DNA of 64,000 nt from Nitrosopumilus sp. (lineage in GTDB: Archaea; Thermoproteota; Nitrososphaeria; Nitrososphaerales; Nitrosopumilaceae). The stretch covers positions 800,001 to 864,000 of the forward strand of contig OZ245003.1 in NCBI GenBank assembly GCA_965223425.1, given 5' to 3'. This document shows positions 40,836 through 50,532 of this stretch, piece by piece. The number at the start of each line of letters is the position of its first letter. Positions within the stretch are counted from its first letter, which is position 1. Position numbers and translations under genes: made by a program. The notes below the pieces were generated by a model. It was not told the DNA's origin, did no database searches, and worked only from the letters and a program-made list of their open reading frames with translations.

Positions 40836-41977
40836 TAGTAAGTACATAAAAAACCTGAACCATTTTGACAATTATTTTTGGCCAAAAGATCCAAGACAGG
40901 CCATACCGCACACACTGCATGTACAAACAAAAAAAGAGACAGGTTGCAAGGGGGGCAAAATTTCTGCCAAACACCGGCGTTGCAGACCTCAAAAGGGCAT
41001 ACAAAAAAGAGACCGATCCCAGAAGGCGCGACAGGCTGCTTGCGTACATGCAGCGCAAGGACGGCGTGCCGCTAGACAGGATTGGAAGGATGCTGGGAAG
41101 GCCCAAGTCCACCATATCTGCATGGCTCAACCGCGCACAGGACGAGGGAATACGCGCAAGGTTCGAGCGCAGCGGCAGGGGACGAAAGCACCTGATAGGC
41201 GGGCCGCAGGCAAGACAGCTTGCAGCAGACCTGGATGCGGGGCCAGAATCATGCGGCTTTGAGAGCAGCCTGTGGGATTCCAACCTGGTAAGGCTGCACA
41301 TCAAGAAAAAGTTCGGCGTGCAGTACAGCAAGACAGGCGCGCTGCAGCTGGTCAGGGAGATGGGCTTTTCGTGGAGCAAGGCGCGTCCAAAAAACCCAAG
41401 ATCAGCCTCAAAAAGAAAGCAAAAAGAGTTTCAGGAGCGGGCAAAAAAACTCGTTGCAGAAAAGTCGGCGCAGGGATACACCGTACTGGCCGGCGATGCA
41501 TCCTCGATTCAAAAGGCATCAAACAGGCCCGGCTACGGATGGAGAAGGCGCGGCAAGCGCGCCACATCCCCCTCTGTTTTGTCACGCGAAAGAAGATACA
41601 TCTTTGGAGCTTTGGCGGCAAACGCATTTTACTTTATGTTTTATGAAAAGTCAAACAGCGACAGCTTTTGCAACTTTTTGGAACGGGTTCACAAAAGATT
41701 CGGCAAGGTGCTGCTGTTTGTAGACAATGCGTCATATCACAAATCCAAAAAGGTAAAGGAGTTTCTGGAAAGATACAACGGCGAGATAGTTCTGGAGTAC
41801 CTGCTGCCGTACACGCCGGAGCTTAATCCCATTGAGATGCAGTGGAGGGTGATAAAACGGGTACTGTCTGCAAAGGTGTTTGGCACGCCAGGTGGGATGG
41901 AGCAGTCAGTACGCAAGCTGTTTGCCAGAAAGGAGATCCTGCCTGTGAAAATGTTCAATTATTTAATGTGCTAACTA
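40836..41977 (+). mobile_element. IS630-family element with single-ORF transposase (40865-41974)
   Basis: TIR TAGTAAGTACAT / ATGTGCTAACTA; GDAS, VDNASYH, YTPELNPIE. Confidence 0.9.
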
Positions 41978-41988
41978 CAGAACCATAT

Positions 41989-44609
41989 CAGCTAAGCGAA
42001 ATGTGTCCCAAGCCTGAGATCATGTCAGTAGTTCCCAGATGTAGATTTGTGCCTAGATGTAGGTTTATGCCCAGATGCCGGTGCGTTACCGCATAACTGC
42101 AATGCAAAGATCCAGATTAGGCTACGGCGTGCAATATGTCATGAAAGTCGAATTACAAGACGAACTGATCGCACGCCAGTACAATATAACATCAAACCGG
42201 TTTAAAATCCTGCGCTCGTCGTTTCAAAAGCTTGGCATGCCAATGTCTGAGAGGCACAACGCCGTATACGGATGCGGCGACATACTGGACGTGCTAATCA
42301 GGGCGTCTGAGAGAAACACGTTTGTAGAATCCCTCGTACGGCACAACAGGCTTCAAGACACGGGTGCACGTACGCCTGATGCAGACCTGGTCATGTCTGC
42401 AGTCCGTGGCGTCAAACCGGCAGACGTGCAGGCCTGGTGTGCAAGGACGCTGGCACGCACGGTGCGGCACGCCCGCCATACAGGAATGCTGCAGGACATC
42501 GACGCCATTGCAATAGACGTTACGGACATACCATACCATGGGGAGCAGCTGCAGGAGCATACAAGAAAGTCGCGTCCAAAGGCAGGAACATCCACGTTTC
42601 TCTCGTATGTCGCAGTGCACGGAGTCGGCAGGGACTCCTCGCAGATTGTCCTGGAATCGCAGCTGCTGCCGGCAAAGGAAAAACTGGCCGATTTTATAGC
42701 CAAAACACGCACGAAAATCCTCAGAGGGGGCGCACACTCAAAGACTGTGTTCCTGTACGACCGCGCCTTTTACAACGTTGACTGCATGACAGAGGCAGGA
42801 AAGGGCGGGTGCCGCTACATCATGCCTGTCATCATGAACTCCAAGATCAAGAGGACAGTCAAGATGTACAAGGACGGAAAGGCAAGCCAGGTATCGCAGC
42901 AGTCAATGACCAACAAAGACGGCGTAACTGTGACCTACAACCTTGTAATTGTCAAAAGAGACAGGAAGAAGAAGAAGAAAAAGGGGGAGGGGGAAGAGGA
43001 GGAAGAGGAGCAATACATTGCGTTTGCAACAAACATTCTCATCAGGAGCGCCAGAGCCATGACAGGCATCATACCGGAGCAGTACCGCAAGAGATGGGGC
43101 ATCGAGACGGGGTTTCGCGTCATAAAGGAGATCATGGGCAGGACATGCAGCAACTCCCTGTCTGTGAGGCTGCTGATGTTTTACCTGCCGCTGCTGCTGT
43201 ACAACCTGTGGAGGATTGCCAGGTTCTGCCTTGATGCGGGAAAGAGGCACGGAAGAGTGTCTTCTGCGGGAAAAAAACTCACCATGGCGTTGTTTATCGT
43301 GTACATTACAAGCAGAAACGAGTTGTTTGTCAATGATCGAGGCAAGTAGAACCGATGCCAGTTGCGGTTGCGGTAAATCTACATCTGGGAACTACTGATG
43401 TAGGCGGTTTGGACTGGCGTATGGGAAGTGATTCCAGCTGCACCTTAAACGTCAGCATGGTCATGACACTCTGCCTTTCAGTGCCATCAGAAAGCATTGC
43501 CCTGACAATCACCCATTCATTGTACAATACCAGAGAATGGTAAAAGTACAGCATCCGCGATTCCATGTCTGTGATCCGTGTCTTGGCCCCGCACTCCTCG
43601 ATTTTGCCGTACTCATCTTTATCCGCCATCTTTTGGCATAGACCTCGGTCCTGACTGCGGGATGGTTTGTTGCAAACCCGATGTATCTCTTTTCTGGGTC
43701 ATCAGAGTCTTTGGCCTTTTTCCTGTCAGTTATTATCATGGAATATTCAGCAGCAGAACCCAGGTTGTTTTTAATCACGTTCCCTGAGATTTTCCTTCTC
43801 TTCCCCTGTGCAAACTCTTGCAGGGCTGCCACCACGTTGTACGTATTCTTGCACGGCATCAGAAACTTTACGTTGTTTTCCTGCAGCCTGCTTATCGCAT
43901 CAACTGAGAAGAACTCACGGTCAAGCAACGCCAGGTGTATCCTGATGCCCCCATCCCTGCCATGGTTTTGAGGACGGCATCCACGTAATCAGGCACGGAT
44001 TCGAGCATCTTCAGGTATGATGCGGCAAGAACGATACGCATCTTGTCATTTACGCACTGGACTGTCATGTAACGCTCAAAGTATTTGGTTCCGTTCTTGT
44101 ATTTGGAACGTGTCAGCTCCGCCCCCGGTACCCTGTCATAGCGCGGTATGAGGTGCATATCGATTGCCATGTCCAGTCCTTTTTTTGGAAACCTGCCCAG
44201 TCTTTTGAGGGTTTCAAGATGCCTTGCTATCTTGTCTTCAAGCGTGTGCTGGATTGCATCCTGCTCAATTCCCTTGATTGCCGATGCAATCCACCTGTCA
44301 GACGGGGTATCGCAGCCTTTGCGCCTTTGCGCATCCGCCCACAGAAGAATCATGGTGGCAGCCTTTAGCATGCCGCAGTTCAGATCATCTGGTCCAAACG
44401 TTGCGTTGTACCTGTCTGATGTGTTGGCGCATGCAAGCATGTTTTTGGCGCCGTCTGCAACATCTTCATATATGCGTGGGTTGTTTAACAGTTCGCGGCT
44501 CTGTCTGGTTTTTTGTCTAAGCAACAAAAATCATGGGGTCGTACCCTCATTGATCTGTTTGCATTTTGTAGCCGATTTGGCCCGAATTAGAGCAGATTTC
44601 GCTTAGCTG
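41989..44609 (-). mobile_element. ISH3-family element with frameshifted transposase (about 43400-44527), hosting another ISH3
   Basis: 14-bp TIR CAGCTAAGCGAAAT / ATTTCGCTTAGCTG; AIDMH, LDREFF, YAKRW.I spread over three frames. Confidence 0.8.
42026..43397 (+). mobile_element. ISH3-family IS (second copy of 33493-34860; ORF 42075-43349), TSD ATGT
   Basis: Same TIR as the first copy. ATGT at 42022-42025 and 43398-43401. Confidence 0.92.
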
Positions 44610-44625
44610 ACTATCGGCGCGGCGC

Positions 44626-47600
44626 TCAGGGGAACAACACAGAGACCTCGTCTGAAAAGAGTTTTTGCTTTCCCAGCCTCTCAAAGACCTTGTAGGTGAC
44701 TGTTTTTCCGGCCCAGTCGTCCTGTATGGCATCCAGAGCAAAAGCGTCAAAGCGGGGCGAAAGGTCAGCCATCTCATAGCCTGCACCATCAACGGATCTC
44801 TCGACCCTGTACCTGTTCTCGCCTATGGAATTGGAGTCGTCCCAGCTCAGGAGGATCTTGCCGTTTACGATATTGACGCCTAGGTCTATCAGCGAATCAA
44901 AGGGCTTGCCGCCGGTAACTATACTGAAGACAGTCTGCGTCGAATCATCGCCCCTGACCCCGACCCTGACGTCATATGGAGTGTCGGGTTCCAGGTTCAC
45001 GAACCTGTACTCGTTGCCGCCTGCAACAATGTCTGCAAATTTCAGTCTGGGCGAGTCCGAAGGCGCTATCACTACCTTGTAGTCTGCAGCGTCATTCAGG
45101 GAGTCCCATCGCAGAAAGACAGAATCAGAGGAGACATCGGTAAAAGTCACAGAGACGCGACCTGCCGCAGAGACTGCTCTGGGATTATCAGAATCGTCTA
45201 ACACGGACAGGGCAGAGTCGGAATTGGGAACAGAGACGGAGATGGTCTGGGATGCGATATGGCGGAGTTGCTGGTTTAGCGTGCTAAAATGGTAGTAATA
45301 AGTGGCGCCTTGAACTATGTTGTGTGAATCAGCATAACTGTCCAAAGCAGCAGGCAGATAAAAGACAAAGTCGTAAGAAGAAGAATCGGGAGCAGAACTG
45401 CGTCTTAACTCGTAATTGGAGATGTGATCACTGTCGGCAACGTCCCAAGACAGGTCAACAGAGTCGGCAGTAGCTGCGGCGCGAAGGTTGAAGGATTCAG
45501 AAGACGCCTCGGTGGAATTTACAAAGACATAAAATATCGCAAAGGCAGAATTGCCCGAAGAGTCAGAAACAGAACAGAACACCAGGTTCGTGCCCAGCAG
45601 GAACAGTGATCCGGAAGCGGGGTCGCATGCGGGGGCAACGACGCCGTCAACCAGATCAAAGGCAGAAGGCAGGACATAGTCTACGACAAAGGAGGCGCCG
45701 GAACTAAAGAATTTAGAAAAATCAGACACGCCGCCCATTGCGGGAGGAACCCGGTCCAGCACGGTTACAGTCTGGTTTGCGCTGGCAGAGTTGCCCGAAC
45801 CGTCGGTGGCAGTCCACGTCACAACGGTGGTGCCAAGCGGGAACAATGCGGGTGCATTGTGCGTTATGGTGGGCGAGGGGTCTGCATCGTCAAAGGCAAA
45901 GGCCGTGCCGATGTTTACGTCAGTCAAAGTGCCGGTGGCCTCGACTACATAGTCGTCAGAGGGGACGATAACGGGAGGATACGTGTCTGTAGAATCAGAC
46001 AGTGAGACATCTACTGTAACACCAAAACTGGTACTGGCAGTATTTCCTGAATCGTCAGTTGCAGTGCAGATTACAGTCGTGGTGCCAAGGGCAAACACAG
46101 AGCCTGATTCTGGCGTGCACGAGACTTCAATGTCCGGATCCACGGTATCGGCAGCTGCAGGCGCATCAAAGGTTACGACGTGTGCGGTGCCTGGTTCAAA
46201 CAGTCGGGTGACATCACCGTGTGCAGATATCGTGGGGGGAGTAGTATCCCGTATGGTGACGCTTTGGGTGTCAGCAGCAGTATTTCCTGAATCGTCAGTT
46301 GCAGTCCAGGTGACTATGGTGGTGCCAAGAGGGAATGACGCAGGCGCATCATTGGTTACTGCGGGACTGGGATCCACGTTGTCAGTTGCAACGGCCTGCC
46401 CTATGTCCACTGCTGTAAGTGATCCTGCGGCCTCTGCCGTGATGTCTGGAGGAGCGGCAATCTCTGGCCTAACCGCATCCTGAATCGCACCAAGATTTAG
46501 CGTGATCGTCTGGGTGGCACTGGCAGAGTTGTTTGACGAGTCAGTGGCAGTCCAAGTTACGGTTGTAGTTCCTATTGGAAATGATGTTGGAGCATTATTG
46601 GTTATTGACGGGTGTGGGTCTACCAAGTCAGTAGCAGTTGCCGTACCGTAGTCGTCCCGGGCAAGTGCTGTAAGCGTGCCTGTTGCGTCAAAGGATGCAT
46701 CCGCTGGGACTGTGATCACCGGAGGAGTGGTGTCCCGTATTGTTACGGTCTGCATGGCAGCAGCAGAGTTGTTGGCGTCATCTGTGGCAGTCCAGGTTAT
46801 GGTCGTGACACCCAGCGAGAATCCGCCGGCAGGCGCATCATTGGTTATTGCGGGACTGGGATCCACGTTGTCAGTTGCAGTCGCGGCGCCGATGTCTACT
46901 TTGGTCAGGATGCCTGTAGCCTCACCTACAACGTCGTCCGGCACGGTGATTATAGGCGGTATGGTATCAGACAGCGGATCCCCACGCACCTCGTAATTGC
47001 CGATTTGCACTATCTCGCCTTCACTGCTGGTGGTCGCAACGAGCTTTAGCTTGACATCAGAATGGGCAAGATGGTCACCAAGATCAAAGTTGGTTACATA
47101 GTGCCAGTAGCCGTCGTCATAGTAGTCGCCTCCGTCCCATTCTGCTATTTCAGTCCAGGAATTTCCACCGTTTGTGGAAATCTCCAGAGATACGCCCTCA
47201 TTGCTACCCATGCCGGCAGAAGCGTAAAACCAGAAATTGAGATATGCAGACTCGTATCGCGATAGATTCATTGATTCAGATGCCATGGCGCACTTTATGC
47301 TACAGTCCTCAGAATATGCTATGGTGTAATTAAGAGCAGTCGCAAATGGCGGCAGAAGGCCAGCAACGGTCCTCAGATTGAATGATTCGTCACGCGATTG
47401 CGTCAGCGTCCACTTTGAGAGATCCATTTGGAAATCATCTTGCTGGATTGTTTGGGAGCCCTGCCTGTCGTATATGTCAAAGGCATAGCTTTGCGTCTGT
47501 CCCCTGAAGGATGCAACTGTGGGGGCGTAGTCAAAGACTACGATGGCATTGTTTTCGTACTCGTGGGTTCCAGATGCAGAAGCTGTGAAGAACAGCGTTT

Positions 47601-48759
47601 TGTGCGGGTCAGACCATTGGCGCTGCCAACTACAATCAGTAGAATTGATGGCACCGCAATCTAAACTCATCAAGGTGGCATAGTCGCCGGCATCGTTGAC
47701 AAAGGCGTGGGCATAGGGCACCGGTGCCGAATCAGATTTATATTCAGCTCGCGCATGGGCGCCGCCCAGCAGATGCCCGATCTGGTGGCCTACTACTAGT
47801 CCCATGTCACTTTCACGCTCACAATTTACATTGATAACAATAAATGCAGAATCAGCGTCGGCTTGAACCTGTTTTGCTTTTCCACACTCTACTTGATCGT
47901 TGTGATCAACATACAGAATCACGATGTCGGCATTGGTGGTATTACGTAAGGTGTGAGCATAATCCCCATTGTTATCATTTGTGGCAACCAATTTATCCAA
48001 ATCCGTAGCCAGATCATTAGATTCAGAAAAATCACGATCCCTGATGTTGCTAGTGTCTATTTCGTTTATTTCAATCGGCAGATCGTTATAATCAAACGCG
48101 TCGTTGGTTTTTTCAATTGCTATAAACGAGATTCTGTTAATGTTGACTTGACCATAGTTCTTGCTTGCATTATTGGTGTAAAAGAAGAGAACATCTATTG
48201 TGATTTTTTCACCGTCGCGAATCTGTTGCGGGATTTCAATATGCCGAGAAAGCGTCTGTAGGCTGGACTGTAACGCAAAAGAACCCGTCAATTCATCGGA
48301 TTGATGGTTGGATTCCGGCTGAACTTCCCAGTTTTGGCCGTACTGATTTGGATTCATTTTTTGAATCATATGGTCATCACCTGCCACAGTTATCACGTAA
48401 TTTTTACCGGGACCACTCATTTCCATGCGTATCATGCTGTCAATCACCGAGATGTAAACATAGCCGTTCTCGATTGTACCCACGTACACGTAATCTGTCT
48501 CGCTTCTCAAGCTGGTTCTCTCGTGCGTGATTTCTATGGTTTCGTCAAAGATACTCAGTTGCATCTTTGGTTGGTTTAGCGCATCCAAGTTGACATTTAC
48601 GTATGTTGCGTTGGAGACAGCAGGAGTAGTTATTTCAGGCGGTGCCCTGATGTCTGTCGGTATTTCCTCTACAAACTCGGGTATCTGTTGCGCAGATGAA
48701 TCCTGCATCAACATCACAAAAGCAGAGAGGGCAAGTACCAAAACTAGGATCTTAATCAT
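44626..48759 (-). CDS. large secreted/surface protein: reprolysin-like domain, beta-sandwich, six HYR domains, FN3-like domains
   Basis: Signal peptide; HQIGHLLGGAH and TLMS (Met-turn); repeated DT.PP...FP.GTT.VTWTATD.SGN. Confidence 0.85.
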   Translation of the reverse strand: MIKILVLVLALSAFVMLMQDSSAQQIPEFVEEIPTDIRAPPEITTPAVSNATYVNVNLDALNQPKMQLSIFDETIEITHERTSLRSETDYVYVGTIENGYVYISVIDSMIRMEMSGPGKNYVITVAGDDHMIQKMNPNQYGQNWEVQPESNHQSDELTGSFALQSSLQTLSRHIEIPQQIRDGEKITIDVLFFYTNNASKNYGQVNINRISFIAIEKTNDAFDYNDLPIEINEIDTSNIRDRDFSESNDLATDLDKLVATNDNNGDYAHTLRNTTNADIVILYVDHNDQVECGKAKQVQADADSAFIVINVNCERESDMGLVVGHQIGHLLGGAHARAEYKSDSAPVPYAHAFVNDAGDYATLMSLDCGAINSTDCSWQRQWSDPHKTLFFTASASGTHEYENNAIVVFDYAPTVASFRGQTQSYAFDIYDRQGSQTIQQDDFQMDLSKWTLTQSRDESFNLRTVAGLLPPFATALNYTIAYSEDCSIKCAMASESMNLSRYESAYLNFWFYASAGMGSNEGVSLEISTNGGNSWTEIAEWDGGDYYDDGYWHYVTNFDLGDHLAHSDVKLKLVATTSSEGEIVQIGNYEVRGDPLSDTIPPIITVPDDVVGEATGILTKVDIGAATATDNVDPSPAITNDAPAGGFSLGVTTITWTATDDANNSAAAMQTVTIRDTTPPVITVPADASFDATGTLTALARDDYGTATATDLVDPHPSITNNAPTSFPIGTTTVTWTATDSSNNSASATQTITLNLGAIQDAVRPEIAAPPDITAEAAGSLTAVDIGQAVATDNVDPSPAVTNDAPASFPLGTTIVTWTATDDSGNTAADTQSVTIRDTTPPTISAHGDVTRLFEPGTAHVVTFDAPAAADTVDPDIEVSCTPESGSVFALGTTTVICTATDDSGNTASTSFGVTVDVSLSDSTDTYPPVIVPSDDYVVEATGTLTDVNIGTAFAFDDADPSPTITHNAPALFPLGTTVVTWTATDGSGNSASANQTVTVLDRVPPAMGGVSDFSKFFSSGASFVVDYVLPSAFDLVDGVVAPACDPASGSLFLLGTNLVFCSVSDSSGNSAFAIFYVFVNSTEASSESFNLRAAATADSVDLSWDVADSDHISNYELRRSSAPDSSSYDFVFYLPAALDSYADSHNIVQGATYYYHFSTLNQQLRHIASQTISVSVPNSDSALSVLDDSDNPRAVSAAGRVSVTFTDVSSDSVFLRWDSLNDAADYKVVIAPSDSPRLKFADIVAGGNEYRFVNLEPDTPYDVRVGVRGDDSTQTVFSIVTGGKPFDSLIDLGVNIVNGKILLSWDDSNSIGENRYRVERSVDGAGYEMADLSPRFDAFALDAIQDDWAGKTVTYKVFERLGKQKLFSDEVSVLFP

Positions 48760-48960
48760 AATACTATCACAGGTAGAGAATGTTTATTATAGTTTTTTTG
48801 ATTGCAGCATCTGGCGATCAGCCGGATCGTTTTTCCTCATTAACTCCGCATTCTGACCGTTGTTTTTGGCGTACATCAGAGATAAAATGGAGATACAGCA
48901 ACAGAGATGAAGATACTTTTTCATTATTGCTTGATTATGTGTTAGTGGTGAATAATTGAG

Positions 48961-50271
48961 TCACCTAAAATATAATTTTTTTTCCAGTTTCCCCGTCTCG
49001 TCGTTGACGTAATAATGACCTGCATCGCCTTGCTTCTCTGCAAACAGTGGCTTTCCGGTTATCGCATCAATGGTGGCAAAATACGCAATAGACACATAGT
49101 CATCACTGGACCCCTTTATGGAAGGAGGAATCCAGCAGTATGTTACTTCGATTTTGTAAACTGGTCGGTCTAGTAGCATTTTTGTTATAAAAAATCCTCT
49201 CTCTCGGGGCTCATGGTTGTCTTTGCATCCAGTGTTGAGATACCTGTCATTTTCCAGCACATACTTGATGGCAGTAGCCTTGGCAGTTGCCATATCGACT
49301 GTGTCTATCTCGTCGAGGTTCTCATTCCAGTATCCAAAGTAGAAGCCGGTGAATCCACCGTAGAAATTGGCTGCAAAAGTATTAGTATACACAGTATTGC
49401 CGTTTAGAAGCTGGTAATACACGTGTCTGTAGTCGTGTGAGTAGTTTTCGAGATGGGGGTTGCCCATATACTGCGGATTCATTCCCATGTGTTCAAGAAA
49501 GTCATGTGCTGCCTGCTCGGCATCGTTTAGTTTTATCTGGTGCGGATATCCAAACGTGATTGAAACTCTATAACGATTGTCCACATACTTGTAGATGAAG
49601 ATATGTCCGGTTTCAGTAAAGTATGAGATTTTGTTGTGTGAGACGCGTTTTTCTACAATCTTGTCTCCGGTAAAACTCACGATCTTCTCTGCAAATGCGT
49701 CAGGATCATCTGGCGGCAGTTTGACGGCCGGAGGATACGTGATGTCCTGAGGTATCAGCTCCGACACTTTCTTGGATCCCATGACGTACGCAGGTTCCTC
49801 GCCGGATCCGGCACGGTTGAAGGTCGTGCATAAGTTTATGTGGACTTTGCAAATGGCGTATACAGGTTCCTCGTCGGCTCCTGTCTGGTTTTGCATGTCG
49901 GGAAGCTCTTGCATGTTTTCTGCTTCAAAAATCTGATCATCGCCTACGTTATGGTTAGTCTCCGGCATGTCGGGAAGCTCTTGCATGTTTTCTGCTTCTG
50001 CGGGCTGCTGGTTTCTGGGAACTGTGCCGTCTGTTTGTAAAAGCGTGACCCATCCGCGCTGCTCAAGCCTCTTGGCAGACGCTTCACTCACGCAGACAGG
50101 TGTGCCTCGCGACGATTCCATAAGTATCTTTGAATCCGAGCACTGCACCTGCTCAACTGGTGTGCCATCCCTGAACTGTTCGTATGGGGAGGACGTTGCC
50201 GGATCTGCAAGCGCAGGCATCATGCTCAATCCGAGTGCCAGAGCTGCCAATACCGGCGTCATCGCGTTCAT
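48961..50271 (-). CDS. secreted protein with thaumarchaeal-type N-terminal Cys motif
   Basis: Signal peptide; SPYEQ...C...PVCV...RLEQRGW; internal duplication EAENMQELPDM x2. Confidence 0.8.
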   Translation of the reverse strand: MNAMTPVLAALALGLSMMPALADPATSSPYEQFRDGTPVEQVQCSDSKILMESSRGTPVCVSEASAKRLEQRGWVTLLQTDGTVPRNQQPAEAENMQELPDMPETNHNVGDDQIFEAENMQELPDMQNQTGADEEPVYAICKVHINLCTTFNRAGSGEEPAYVMGSKKVSELIPQDITYPPAVKLPPDDPDAFAEKIVSFTGDKIVEKRVSHNKISYFTETGHIFIYKYVDNRYRVSITFGYPHQIKLNDAEQAAHDFLEHMGMNPQYMGNPHLENYSHDYRHVYYQLLNGNTVYTNTFAANFYGGFTGFYFGYWNENLDEIDTVDMATAKATAIKYVLENDRYLNTGCKDNHEPRERGFFITKMLLDRPVYKIEVTYCWIPPSIKGSSDDYVSIAYFATIDAITGKPLFAEKQGDAGHYYVNDETGKLEKKLYFR

Positions 50272-50532
50272 TGATCATGGATTGCATGTCAGAATAAAAG
50301 ACTGACTATTCTTCACACTGCTCCAAGCTCGGAACATTTCCAATTACTGCTCAATTAGGGACATGGAATCTACACTAATACGATAACGAATTATCAGTTC
50401 TGTACTTTTACTATAAGAACTAGTAGACTTTATTCATAATTTGTGGGATATGAAAAGTAGTTTGCCCCCTATGAAACATCATGTTCCTCTCCCGTCTTCT
50501 CATCTATGACCGTTTGGCCTGCAGGCGGCATC

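Noticed and set aside
44665-48856. Numerous + strand ORFs opposite the HYR protein, and similar antisense ORFs within IS elements and core genes
   Set aside because: Shadow frames of real genes, with no motifs of their own.
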